A DNA stretch of 64,000 nucleotides from positions 534,626 through 598,625 of the forward strand of contig CAVSLV010000004.1 of NCBI GenBank assembly GCA_963728915.1, read 5' to 3'. Position numbers and translations under genes: made by a program. The DNA is from an uncultured Gemmatimonadales bacterium (GTDB lineage Bacteria; Gemmatimonadota; Gemmatimonadetes; Gemmatimonadales; GWC2-71-9). Below the pieces are notes generated by a model that saw only the letters and a program-made list of their open reading frames with translations, ran no database searches and was not told the origin of the DNA. Positions 52,045 to 61,720 of the stretch are shown here, piece by piece (position 1 is the first letter of the stretch; every line of letters starts with the position of its first letter).

Positions 52045-53172
52045 TCACCCCGCCGGCAGGGCGAACCAGAACGTGCTGCCGGCCCCCACCGCGCTGGTGA
52101 CCCCGATCCGGCCGCCCTGGGCCTCGATCGCCAGACGGCAGAACGTGAGCCCCAGGCCGGTGGATCGCCCCGGGATCTTCGCGCCTCCGTCGACCTGGGC
52201 AAATTTGTCGAAGATCCGGTCGTGGTATTCGGGGGAAATCCCCGGCCCGCGATCGATGATCCGGACCAGGGGTCCCGAGTCGCTCTGGCTCAGCTCGATC
52301 CGGACCCGCTCGCCTTTGGGCGTGTATTTGGCCGCGTTGCCAACCAGGTTGGCCACCACCCGCTCGGTCACCCGGTCGTCGGCGAGACTCAGGACCGGAT
52401 GGGGCGGCGCGGGGAAGTCGATCTCCACCTCTCCGCTCGCCCACCGGATCCCGGTGATCGCCTTGCGCACGACCTCCCGGAGATCCACCGAGGCGGGCTT
52501 GAGCGGCATGGCCCCATCCTCGAATCGGCTCACGTCCAGCATGTCGCTCACCATTTCGCTCAGCATCCGCGCGTTATCTCTCGCCTCCCGGAGATCGGCG
52601 ATCACCTGGGTGTGCCCCATGGTGGCGAGCTGCTCCTCCACCAGCTCCAGGTAGGCGGTGATTCCGGTGAGCGGAGAGCGGAGGTCGTGCGCGATCATGT
52701 GCACCAGACTGTCGCGTTGCTGTTCCAGCAGTTGGAGCGCGCGGTATTGCTCCGCGACCGCCTGGTGCAGCCGGCGCATGTGGAGGGCGTTTCGCACCCG
52801 AAGCACCAGGTCGGTCCGGTCGATCGGCTTGGTGAGGTAGTCGTTCGCACCGGCCGCGATCCCCTTGAGGCGGTGCTCCCGATGATCCAGGCTGGTCACC
52901 AGGATGATCGGCAGGGAGGCGGTGTTCGAGTCGCCCCGCAGCCGGCGACAGACCTCGAAGCCGTCCATCCCCGGCATGTGGACGTCGAGCAGGATCAAAT
53001 CCGGCTCCCACGCCACCACCTTGGCGAGCGCCTCCGGCCCACTCGCCGCCACCTCGGTCTGGTGCCCGGACAGGGCGAGAATCTCGGTGAGCAGCAGCCG
53101 GTTGGGCTCCTGGTCGTCCACCACGAGGACCCGGCCGGTGGCCGTTGCCGCGTTGAAGCGGTCCTCGCTCAT
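52045..53172 (-). CDS. Response-regulator receiver fused to a histidine kinase (REC-HisKA-HATPase)
   Basis: ATG 53172 (MSEDRFNAATATGRVLVVDDQEP) overlaps a TGA that closes the upstream REC reading frame. REC blocks: DLILLDVHMPGMDG and YLTKPI. HisKA block: IAHDLRSPLT. HATPase blocks: NLVGNAAKYTP, DRGPGI and GLGLTFCR. Confidence 0.85.
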   Translation of the reverse strand: MSEDRFNAATATGRVLVVDDQEPNRLLLTEILALSGHQTEVAASGPEALAKVVAWEPDLILLDVHMPGMDGFEVCRRLRGDSNTASLPIILVTSLDHREHRLKGIAAGANDYLTKPIDRTDLVLRVRNALHMRRLHQAVAEQYRALQLLEQQRDSLVHMIAHDLRSPLTGITAYLELVEEQLATMGHTQVIADLREARDNARMLSEMVSDMLDVSRFEDGAMPLKPASVDLREVVRKAITGIRWASGEVEIDFPAPPHPVLSLADDRVTERVVANLVGNAAKYTPKGERVRIELSQSDSGPLVRIIDRGPGISPEYHDRIFDKFAQVDGGAKIPGRSTGLGLTFCRLAIEAQGGRIGVTSAVGAGSTFWFALPAG

Positions 53173-56100
53173 CCCCGGACTCCATCGAGGAACCGGGACA
53201 CGACCTCGGTCAGCGTCCGGGTTTGAATCGGTTTGGAAAGGTAGCCGTCGAACCCCGAGGCCATCGCCCGCTCCTTGTCCTCGGCCATCGCGAACGAGGT
53301 CACCGCGATCACCGGGATCGCTTCGGTGCGAGGATCCGCTTTCAGGCGTGCGAACCGCGTCGTGTCCGTCCATGCCGGGAAGCGCGATGTCCATCAGGAT
53401 CAGGTCGGGCCGTTGCGCCGAGACGGAGGCCAGCGCGTCCTCTCCGGTGCCCGCCTGGAGGACGCGGTACCCGGAGGCCTCCAGAATGTCGGTCACCAGC
53501 TCGAGGTTGAGCGGATGGTCGTCCACGACGAGAATCGTGCTCACACCGGCACCGCGGTCAACCAGCCGGCGCAATTCAGCGAGCAGGGCGGAGCGTCCGC
53601 CCTTGGTCACCACCGCTTGCACGCTGTTGCGCAGGACCTCCCGCTCCTCCAGGGTCAGGTCCTTCGCGGTCAGGATGAGAATCGGGATTTTCGAAAGCTC
53701 CTGGTCCTCCCGGAGCCGGTGGACCACGTCGAAACCATTCATGCCCGGCATCACCAGGTCCAGCACGATCAGATCGGGATGGGCCCGCCGGGCCAGCTCG
53801 ATGCCTTCGGCCCCGCTCGAAGCCCGGTCGACGCTGAAGCCGTGCTGCACCAGCAGGATCGAGAGCTGTTCGAGAGTCGCGACATCGTCGTCGATGATGG
53901 CGATGCGGTGTTTGCCGCGGCGGCATCCGGCCGATGATGCGTTCCAGCGCCCCGAGGAGCGCGGCTCGCTGAACCGGCTTCACCAGCCATTCCTCCGCCC
54001 CCAGGGTAATCCCGAGCTCCCGGCTGTCCACCACCGATACCACCACCACCGGAATCTCCCGGGTGGCCGGGGCGCTCTTCAAGTGGGCGAGGATTTCGAA
54101 ACCATCCTGTTCCGGCATCATGATGTCAAGGGTGATCGCATCGGGACGGTGCCGTCGGGCCAGGGCCACCGCGCTCTCCCCGCCCGCGGTGCTCATCACC
54201 CGATACCCGGCCGACTCCAGGTAATGGGTCAGCAGATCCCGGGCGTTGGGCTCGTCGTCGATCACCAGGACCAGCGGGCCGTCTCCCGGCGGCGGCGCAT
54301 CGGTCGACCGGCCCGCCTGCGCGGGCGTCCCGGCTTCCCGGCCCGGCCGCGGGAAGGCTGAACCGGAACGTGCTGCCTTCGCCGAGCGTGCTCTCCACCG
54401 CGATCCAGCCATCGTGCAATCTCCACCAGCCGTTTGGCCAGCGCGAGACCGAGCCCGGTGCCTTCGCGTTCGCCGGGGCCGCCGGCTCCCACCTGCTCGA
54501 ATTCCCGGAAGATCCGCTCCTGGTCCTCCGGCGCGATGCCGACCCCGGTATCGCGAACCCAGAAGTGCACCTCGTCCCGGACCCCTCGTGGGTCGGTTCC
54601 CCGCCCGGCGCCCAGCTCGATGCTGCCGCCGGCCGGGGTGAACTTGACCGCGTTGGCCGCGAGGTTGGTGAGCACCTGGGCGATCCGGACCCGATCCGCG
54701 GTGAGGGAAGGGCGTGTCCGGGTCCACGACGACCCGGACCGCCAGGCCTTTCTTCGCCGCCATCGTTTCCACGACGGTCCGGGTTTCCTCCAGCAGCGGA
54801 GCGACCGGGAAGGTGGCGCGGCTCAGCTCGACCCGTCCCGCCTCCACTTTGGAAAGGTCGAGAATGTCGTTGATCAACTGGAGAAGGTTCCGGCCGCTCA
54901 GGAGCACATTGCCGATGTACCTGCGCTGCTTGTCGTTGACGGGTCCGGCGCCGCCATCCTCCAGGATTTCGGAGAATCCGATGATCGAGTTGAGCGGGGT
55001 TCGGAGCTCGTGGCTCATCTTGGCGAGGAACCCGGACTTCGCCCGATTCGCGGCCTCCGCCGCGTCCTTGGCGGCGCGAATCGCTTCTTCCGCCTGCTTG
55101 CGCTCGGTCACGTCCTCGGTCACCGTGAGGAGATAGACCGGCGCGCCCTGCTCATCCCGGATCGCCACCTTCTTCGAGTGAATGATCCGCTTGCCGAGCC
55201 GGGGCGAGTGCACCACCTGATCGGGAAGATCGATGACTCCAGGAGAGGCCAATGCTTCCCGGTCTTCCTCGGTTATCCGGCGCGCCTCCTCCTCCGGCAG
55301 GAAGTCGAAGGCGTTCTTCCCGAGAAGCTCCTCCGTCGTGAATCCCAGCGAATTGGTGCCTGCCCAGTTGACCAGCACATAGCGGAGGTCCTTGGGCTCC
55401 TTCAACACGACGACGTTGGGCAGCAGGGTCACCAGCTGGGAAAGCCGCTTCTCGCTGCGGCGAGCTCGCGCTCCACTGCATCGCGCCGCCCGAGGTCCCG
55501 GTTGAACGCGACCCCCGCGAGGCCGAGAAACATCAGGGCGAACAAGCCGGCGACCACGTTGAAGACCACCGAGACATTGCCGCCGCTGCGGAGCCGGTCA
55601 TCCCACCGCTGGGCGATACTGTCGCTCTGCTGGGCGAGTCGCGAGGCCCTGGTCCGGATCTCGTCGCCCAGAGCGCGGCCCTCCGGGGCTCCGGTCAAGG
55701 CGATCGCCTCGGCGTGCCGACCCGCGTCCTCCAGCGCCACCGCCTCGGCGAGTCCGGCCATCCGTTCGGTGAGGCTGGGCTTGAGCAGGTCGTATCCCGC
55801 CGGGTGGGAGGGACTCGAGGCGAGCAGGGAATCGAGGCGGGCCAGCCGGATCGGGAGCGAGTCCCTGGCGGTCTCGAAGCGAACCCGATGCACGGTGTCG
55901 CGGGTTAGGAGGTACCCCCGCTGGGCCGATTCCGCCTCCTGGAGCGCGTCCACCACGGTGGCCAGCCCGAGCATGACCGCGCGGGCCTGGCCCCGCTGAC
56001 GGGCGGCCTCCTGGGAGCGATACGCGCTCCACAGGGAGATCCCGGTCGCGATGGTCAGAATCCCGAACGCCACGCCGAGGGCGAGCGCGATCCGGCGCCG

Positions 56101-56779
56101 AAGCGCCCGGATGGTCTCGGCCTGGGTTTCCGCCGCCGCTTCTCCCGAGGCGAAGATCGCGCCCGCGCCGAGCAGGGTGAGGAGCACGGTCAGGGCGACG
56201 GCCGGCCGGCTGCCCGCCGCGCTTGCCGTCCCCGACGCGGCTCGGGAGATCATGCCGAGGATCGCGAGCCCGAGGAGCGCAGCCATCATGATCCCGATCG
56301 CGCGGGCCGTGAGCCGGGCCGGCTCGGTCTTCCTGCGAACCAGAAAGAGTGCCGCACCGAGCAGCGCCAGGAGGATCGCGTGCCCCGCCGACGAATCGTC
56401 CGGGACCATCCAGGGCCCCGGCGGGAATGCGGCCGGGAAACAGCAGCCGGTCGAATCCGATCGTCGACCGCGCCAGGAGCAGGATCAGCTGGGCGAGGGG
56501 AATCAGGAATCCGATCGCGGCGGCCAGGGAGCCGAACCGCCGGAGCCGGGGATCGGGATGCCGGGAATCGAGCAGCAGCGAAACACCGAGGAGCAGACTC
56601 GAGACCGCCGCCATCGGATTGATGGCGACGCTGTTGGATGAACCGCTGGTGAGGAGCGATACCCCGAACGTCCAACCGGCGAGAATGAGGACGCTGATCA
56701 GGATGATCAGCCACCCGGTCCAGTCCAGGGACCGGCGCCAGACAGTCTGGCTTTTCTCCTGAGTTGTTTCCAGTGGCAT
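53169..56779 (-). pseudogene. Frame-disrupted hybrid sensor histidine kinase (multi-TM sensor, CHASE3-like, PAS, HisKA, HATPase, three REC domains)
   Basis: Recognisable domain sequence hops between all three minus frames. (1) 56779 to about 56400 is a TM-rich N-terminus. (2) 56409..55429 holds TM segments and a CHASE3-like region and ends in an in-frame stop. (3) 55432 to about 54710 holds PAS and HisKA (MSHELRTPLNSI). (4) About 54705..54420 holds HATPase (LTADRVRIAQVLTNLAANAVKFTP, RDTGVGI, GTGLGLALAKRLVE). (5) About 54419..54300 reads HDGWIAVESTLGEGSTFRFSLP. (6) About 54290..53920 is REC1 (LVLVIDDEPNARDLL). (7) About 53910..53360 is REC2 and the start of REC3. (8) About 53350..53169 is the REC3 end (RLKADPRTEAIPVIAVTSFAMAEDKERAMASGFDGYLSKPI). 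Confidence 0.72.
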
Positions 56780-56926
56780 GGGTACCCCACGATGCCGGCG
56801 GCGGACCAGGCCCGGTCCGGACTTGCCTCAGGGCAACGTCAAATTGCATGCCATCATGAAAAGGTCTTAATGTATTGTCCTGTCAAGGATTGCTTGCGCT
56901 GCCGACTTTCCTGGGAGAACCTGACC

Positions 56927-57595
56927 ATGACCCCTGCCGGACGATTCGTCCCGCTCGCCTCCTACCGTGAATATCCCGAGCCCGAGATGATCGCCCGTGC
57001 CCGGGACTTCGCCGCCGAGCTCGACCGGCGCCGGACCGTACGCCAGTTCAGCGACCGATCGGTTCCCCTCGAAGTGATCCGGGCATGCCTGACGGCCGCG
57101 GGTACCGCCCCGAGCGGAGCGCATCAACAGCCCTGGCATTTCGTCGTCGTCAGCGATCCCGCATTGAAGCACCGGATCCGGGTGGCCGCCGAGACCGCCG
57201 AAACGGAGTTCTACGCGACTGCACCGAAGGATTGGCTCGAAGCGCTCGCCCCGCTCGGCACGGACGAGCACAAGCCGTATCTGGACACGGCGCCTTGCGT
57301 GATCGCGGTCTTTGCCCGGCGCTATGGGGTCCGTCCCGACGGGTCGAGACAGACTCACTACTACGTGATGGAATCGGTGGGAATCGCCACCGGGTTTCTG
57401 ATCGCGGCGCTCCATCACGCTGGGCTCGCCAGCCTCACCCACACCCCGAGTCCGATGGGGTTCCTGAATGAGCTGTTGGAGCGACCGGTCAACGAGCGGG
57501 CGGTCATGCTGGTGGTCGCGGGATATCCCGCTGCCGACGCGAGGGTTCCGGATATTCGGCGCCAGCCACTCGAGGCAATCGCCACGTTCCGCTGA
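56927..57595 (+). CDS. Nitroreductase-superfamily flavoprotein, iodotyrosine-deiodinase (IYD)-like subgroup
   Basis: ATG 56927. Blocks [61 protein letters not shown] and SLTHTPSPM resemble IYD/BluB-type nitroreductases (from recall). Confidence 0.72.
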   Translation: MTPAGRFVPLASYREYPEPEMIARARDFAAELDRRRTVRQFSDRSVPLEVIRACLTAAGTAPSGAHQQPWHFVVVSDPALKHRIRVAAETAETEFYATAPKDWLEALAPLGTDEHKPYLDTAPCVIAVFARRYGVRPDGSRQTHYYVMESVGIATGFLIAALHHAGLASLTHTPSPMGFLNELLERPVNERAVMLVVAGYPAADARVPDIRRQPLEAIATFR

Positions 57596-57717
57596 CTCCT
57601 TGCGACCGGTTCGGGTATCCTTCCTTCGAGCCACCACCGATGGGCCATGATCACCGCGCGCTGGATTCTCCAGCGATGGTTGAACTCAGCCCGTAACCTG
57701 TTTATCTTTAAAGGCTT

Positions 57718-59049
57718 ATGTTCGACGAGCTTTCGGCCAAGCTCACGGGAGTACTGAGCCGCCTCACCGGCCGCGGAGTACTTACCGAAGAAGCGGTTCG
57801 TGAGGGGCTCCGGGAAATTCGTCGGGTGCTGCTCGAGGCCGACGTCGGCTTCGACCTGACCCGGCAATTCCTCGAGCGGGTCGAGGCAAAGGCGGTCGGG
57901 CAGGAGCTGGTCAAGTCGGTCCGTCCTGGCCAGCAGCTCGTCAAGATCGTGTACGACGAGCTGGTCGTGATGCTGGGCGAGAAGCAGGCGCCAGTGGCGC
58001 ATGCCACGGTGCCTCCGACGGTGATCCTGCTGGTGGGATTGCAGGGCTCGGGCAAGACGACCACGGCGGGCAAGCTCGCCAAGCGGCTCAAGCTGGAACA
58101 GAAGGCGCCGTTTCTCATCGCGGCCGACGTGTATCGCCCCGCCGCCGCGGAGCAGCTCGCGACGCTGGGCCGGCAGACCGAAGTCGGGGTGTATCGCGAG
58201 GATGGGCAGACCGACGTTGGGGCGCTGGTGCGGCATGGCATCGAGGCGGCCGGCAAGGCACGGGCGCGGACCGTCCTGGTCGACACCGCGGGCCGGCTCC
58301 AGATCGACGAGGAGATGATGGCGGAGCTCACCCGGCTCAAGGCCGCGGTGCACCCCCATGAGATCCTCCTGGTGGCCGACGGAATGACCGGCCAGGATGC
58401 GGTGCGGATCGCCAAGGGCTTCCACGACGCCCTCGGGATCACCGGCGTGATCCTGACCAAGATGGACGGCGATGCCCGGGGGGGCGCCGCGTTGTCCATC
58501 TATGGAGTCACCGGGGCGCCGATCAAGTTCCTCGGGGTGGGCGAAAAACTCGAAGCGCTGGAGCCGTTCCATCCGGAGCGGATGGCGGGACGGATCCTCC
58601 AGCAGGGCGATGTGCTCAGCCTGGTCGAGAAGGCTCAGGCCACGGTCGACGAGAAGGAAGCCGAAAAGCTGGCCCGCAAGGCGGTCTCGAAAAAGGGCCT
58701 CGACCTCGAGGACTTCCTCACCGCGATGCGGCAGATGCAGAAGATGGGACCGCTCAAGGGCGTGCTGGGCATGTTGCCGGGCGTCAACTCGGCAATGCTC
58801 AAGAACGCGAACCTGGACGAGCGCCGGGTCAAGCACGTGGAAGCGATCGTGCTGTCCATGACGAAAGCCGAGCGGAGCAACCCCGAGCTGATGAACGGCT
58901 CGCGACGGATGCGGGTCGCCAAAGGGTCGGGCCGCACGGTCCAGGAAGTGAACCAGCTGCTGAGCCAGTTCAAGCAGATGCAGAAAATGATGAAAGGCGC
59001 GGGCAAGCCGGGGGTCCGGATGCCCTTCGGACCCAGGTTCCCGGGTTAG
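57718..59049 (+). CDS. ffh: Signal recognition particle protein Ffh
   Basis: Blocks GLQGSGKTTT, DTAGRL and TKMDGDARGG, plus a Met-rich M-domain (MRQMQKMGPLKGVLGMLPG). Confidence 0.95.
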   Translation: MFDELSAKLTGVLSRLTGRGVLTEEAVREGLREIRRVLLEADVGFDLTRQFLERVEAKAVGQELVKSVRPGQQLVKIVYDELVVMLGEKQAPVAHATVPPTVILLVGLQGSGKTTTAGKLAKRLKLEQKAPFLIAADVYRPAAAEQLATLGRQTEVGVYREDGQTDVGALVRHGIEAAGKARARTVLVDTAGRLQIDEEMMAELTRLKAAVHPHEILLVADGMTGQDAVRIAKGFHDALGITGVILTKMDGDARGGAALSIYGVTGAPIKFLGVGEKLEALEPFHPERMAGRILQQGDVLSLVEKAQATVDEKEAEKLARKAVSKKGLDLEDFLTAMRQMQKMGPLKGVLGMLPGVNSAMLKNANLDERRVKHVEAIVLSMTKAERSNPELMNGSRRMRVAKGSGRTVQEVNQLLSQFKQMQKMMKGAGKPGVRMPFGPRFPG

Positions 59050-59066
59050 GGAGAAAGAGAACGCAC

Positions 59067-59327
59067 ATGAGCACTCGCATACGGCTACGCCGGGTCGGAC
59101 GGAAGGCCATCCCCCTCTATCGGATCGTGGTCTCCGACCGCACCTCCCCCCGGGATGGGCGGTTCATCGAGATTCTGGGGACCTACGATCCGAGGCAGAA
59201 GGACGCCGACAAGAAGGTGTCGGTGGACGTGGACAAGGCCAAACAGTGGCTCGCCAACGGGGCGACCCCGTCGCAGACGGTGGAGGCGCTGCTCAAGCGG
59301 GCCGGAGTCATTTCCGCCGGGTCCTGA
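59067..59327 (+). CDS. rpsP: 30S ribosomal protein S16
   Basis: MSTRIRLRRVGRKAIPLYRIVVSDRTSPRDGRFIEILGTYDP is canonical S16. The RBS GGAGAAAGAG lies upstream. Confidence 0.95.
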   Translation: MSTRIRLRRVGRKAIPLYRIVVSDRTSPRDGRFIEILGTYDPRQKDADKKVSVDVDKAKQWLANGATPSQTVEALLKRAGVISAGS

Positions 59328-59328
59328 C

Positions 59329-59862
59329 GTGCCGGCGCAGGAGTCCCGCCAGCTCCTGGTGGGGCGACTCCGCAAGCCACACGGACTGAAAGGGGATTGC
59401 GCGGTCTTTCCCCTCACCGATGAGCCGGACCGGGTCTTCGCGCCGGGTCGCACGGTCTGGATCAAGGATCTCGGCGGTGAAGTTCTGGCTGGGCCGCTCA
59501 CCATCGGCCGGAGCCGTCCCTTCCACCGGGAGTGGCTGATCGGGTTCGAAGGCCATGACCGGATCGAAGCGGTGGAAGCCTGGCGGGGGACCTTTCTCGC
59601 CGCGGACGCGAGCGAGCTCCGCCCCCCGGACCCGAACGAGGTGTATCTCCACGAGCTGGCGGGATTCGCGGTGCGGGATCTCTCCGATGCCCCGCTCGGC
59701 GTGGTGAGCGAGCTGCAAGAGGGACCGGCCGGATTGATGCTCACGGTTCAGGGTCTCAAGCGGGAATTCCTGCTGCCGTACCGGAAACAATTTGTGAAGC
59801 AAGTAGATCGAGCGGGGCGGAAGCTGGTGGTGGATCTGCCGGAAGGGCTGCTGGAGTTGTAG
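59329..59862 (+). CDS. rimM: 16S rRNA processing protein RimM
   Basis: GTG 59329 lies 1 nt after the rpsP stop. LVGRLRKPHGLKGD and a C-terminal PRC-barrel-like segment are present. The position between rpsP and trmD is conserved. Confidence 0.88.
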   Translation: MPAQESRQLLVGRLRKPHGLKGDCAVFPLTDEPDRVFAPGRTVWIKDLGGEVLAGPLTIGRSRPFHREWLIGFEGHDRIEAVEAWRGTFLAADASELRPPDPNEVYLHELAGFAVRDLSDAPLGVVSELQEGPAGLMLTVQGLKREFLLPYRKQFVKQVDRAGRKLVVDLPEGLLEL

Positions 59863-59901
59863 GCGGACAGACGGACAGACGGACAGGCGGACCGACGGAC
59901 C
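59862..59901. repeat. 5 x 8-nt tandem array filling the entire rimM-trmD spacer
   Basis: GGCGGACA GACGGACA GACGGACA GGCGGACC GACGGACC. The first nt is the G of the rimM TAG, and the array ends 1 nt before the trmD ATG. Confidence 0.92.
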
Positions 59902-59902
59902 G

Positions 59903-60628
59903 ATGCTGACGATCAATGTCGTGACGCTCTTCCCGGAGGTCTTCGGGCCGATGCTCGGAGCGAGCATCCCTGGTCGTGCGGCGGAGGCGGGACTGGTGCA
60001 GTACCGGCTGGTGCAGCTCCGTGAATTCGCGCATGACAAGCACCAGACGGTGGACGACTCTCCCTACGGAGGGGGCGCGGGGATGGTGCTCAAGCCCGAG
60101 CCGGTCTTCGAAGCCGTCGAATCCCTGGGCGCCCGGCAGGGCCCGGTGGTGCTGCTCTCGGCCAGGGGAGAGTCGTTCGATCACCAGCATGCGGTGCGCT
60201 TTTCACTGGCGAGGGACCTGACCCTGATCTGCGGGCACTACAAGGACGTGGACCAGCGGGTGGTGGAAGGACTTGGCGCGGAAGAAATCTCGGTGGGAGA
60301 TTTCGTCCTGAGTGGGGGGGAACCCGCCGCGCTCTGTGTGATCGATGCGGTGGTGCGGCTGCTCCCCGGCGCCCTGGGCGACCACCAATCGGCCAGCGGG
60401 GATTCCCACTACGAAGGATTGTTGAGCCCGCCCAGCTACACCCGGCCGGCGGAGTACCGGGGTCTCGCCGTTCCTGAGATATTGCGCTCAGGGAATCACG
60501 CCGAGATCGCGGAGTGGCGACAGAAAGCATCCGAGCGATTGACGGCGGAACGGCGGCCCGACCTGTGGGCCCGATGGCAAGCGGAAGGAGAGGTGGACCA
60601 TGGAACGCGTACGAACGATCGCCCGTGA
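59903..60628 (+). CDS. trmD: tRNA (guanine37-N1)-methyltransferase TrmD
   Basis: Blocks [42 protein letters not shown] and VLSGGEPAA. Confidence 0.93.
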   Translation: MLTINVVTLFPEVFGPMLGASIPGRAAEAGLVQYRLVQLREFAHDKHQTVDDSPYGGGAGMVLKPEPVFEAVESLGARQGPVVLLSARGESFDHQHAVRFSLARDLTLICGHYKDVDQRVVEGLGAEEISVGDFVLSGGEPAALCVIDAVVRLLPGALGDHQSASGDSHYEGLLSPPSYTRPAEYRGLAVPEILRSGNHAEIAEWRQKASERLTAERRPDLWARWQAEGEVDHGTRTNDRP

Positions 60629-60947
60629 GGGCCTCAAGACCAACCTGCCCGATTTCGCACCGGGCGATACGGTCCGGGTGATGGTGCGGGTTCGAGAAGG
60701 CGACAAGGAGCGACTCCAGGCCTTCGAAGGGGTCTGTGTCGGCCGCCGGGGCGGCGGGGTCGATGAGACCTTCACGGTCCGGAAGCTCTCGGCCGGGGTC
60801 GGCGTCGAACGCATCTTTCCGCTCCACGGGCCTTCGATCGAGACCATCGAGCTGGTGCGCCGGGGTCGGGTGCGCCGGGCCAAGCTTTACTATCTCAAGG
60901 CGCTCTCCGGCAAGGGAGCGCGGATCCGGGAGAAGAAAGAGCCGTAA
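60600..60947 (+). CDS. rplS: 50S ribosomal protein L19
   Basis: [32 protein letters not shown] and RRAKLYYL are present. The gene overlaps the trmD tail by 29 nt. Confidence 0.93.
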   Translation: MERVRTIAREGLKTNLPDFAPGDTVRVMVRVREGDKERLQAFEGVCVGRRGGGVDETFTVRKLSAGVGVERIFPLHGPSIETIELVRRGRVRRAKLYYLKALSGKGARIREKKEP

Positions 60948-60950
60948 GCG

Positions 60951-61601
60951 GTGTCGCCCGCCCGCGCCCCGACGCTGCGTCTGGAGCGGACTGCGTGGGC
61001 CGAGCATCGCCTGCTGGTGGGCATCGATGAAGTCGGCCGCGGTCCATTGGCGGGTCCAGTGGTTGCCGCGGCCGTGGCGTTTCCGGCAGGATTCCGGCGA
61101 ATCCAGGGCATCCGCGACAGCAAGACGCTGAGCGAGAAAGCCCGGGAACGCCTGTGCAGCGCGATTCGATCCCGGGCGGCGCGGATCGGCATCGGCGCCG
61201 CGTCTCCCCGGGTGATCGACCGGGTGAACATTCGAGTGGCGAGCGCCATCGCGATGCGGCGGGCACTGCTCCGGATGCTCGGCGGGGAGCTCGACGATTC
61301 GTACCGGCTGGTGATCGACGGACTGCCCCTGCCGGAGATCGGCTATCCCCATGTGGCGGTGATCGACGGCGATGCGATTTGTTACTCGGTCGCCGCCGCC
61401 AGCATCCTCGCCAAAAGCGTTCGCGACCGGATCATGCGGCGGCTGGCGGCGCGGTACCCCGCCTACCGCTGGGAAACCAATGTCGGCTATAGTACCCCGG
61501 AACATCTCGACGGGATCTGCCGGGCCGGGGCGACGCGACATCACCGGATCACGTTCGCGCCGGTGGCGCAGACGGAGATGTGGAGGAGTTGGGAGGTCTG
61601 A
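60951..61601 (+). CDS. rnhB: Ribonuclease HII
   Basis: VGIDEVGRGPLAGPVVAAAV (catalytic DEVGRG), IRDSKTLS and DGDAICYSVAAASILAK are present. GTG start. Confidence 0.9.
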   Translation: MSPARAPTLRLERTAWAEHRLLVGIDEVGRGPLAGPVVAAAVAFPAGFRRIQGIRDSKTLSEKARERLCSAIRSRAARIGIGAASPRVIDRVNIRVASAIAMRRALLRMLGGELDDSYRLVIDGLPLPEIGYPHVAVIDGDAICYSVAAASILAKSVRDRIMRRLAARYPAYRWETNVGYSTPEHLDGICRAGATRHHRITFAPVAQTEMWRSWEV

Positions 61602-61638
61602 GGCGTGAGGTCTGAGGGCCTCCCACCTCGCACCTCGC
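61593..61638. repeat. Short direct repeats across the rnhB stop: GAGGTCTGAGG x2 (14-nt period), then ACCTCGC x2
   Basis: GAGGTCTGAGG occurs at 61593-61603 and 61607-61617. ACCTCGC occurs at 61625-61631 and 61632-61638. The GAGGTC core resembles the 9-mer arrays. Confidence 0.7.
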
Positions 61639-61642
61639 AAGG

Positions 61643-61715
61643 GGGGGCGTAGCTCAGCTGGTAGAGCAGCGGGCTTTTAACCCGTAGGTCGTGGGTTCGA
61701 GTCCCACCGCCCTCA
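61643..61715 (+). tRNA. tRNA-Lys (anticodon UUU)
   Basis: 73-nt cloverleaf folded by hand. The acceptor GGGGGCG pairs with CGCCCTC (one G-T pair). D-arm TAGCTCAGCTGGTAGAGC. The anticodon stem GCGGG/CCCGT encloses loop CTTTTAA. T-arm GTGGGTTCGAGTCCCAC. Discriminator A. No encoded CCA. Confidence 0.9.
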
Positions 61716-61720
61716 CTGCA

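Noticed and set aside
52045-53850. The 601-aa ORF taken at face value as one REC-REC-REC-kinase protein
   Set aside because: Between about 53355 and 53172 this frame reads nonsense (AVRTPESGSSHRSDPGDRGDL...). The adjacent frame encodes the proper end of a receiver domain and stops at a TGA overlapping ATG 53172. I therefore split it into an intact downstream gene and the tail of the pseudogene.
54434-55999. 521-aa plus-strand ORF antisense to the broken sensor kinase, and 50150..51712, 57415..58836 and 60090..61640 antisense to hlyD/tetR, ffh and trmD-rnhB
   Set aside because: In each case the opposite strand holds conserved domains or universally conserved genes. These frames are compositionally biased and motif-free.
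53169-56779. Programmed ribosomal frameshifting as an explanation for the frame changes
   Set aside because: There are seven shifts in one gene, in both directions. They have no shared slippery heptamer or downstream structure, and several fall inside conserved domain cores. Decay or local sequence error fits much better.
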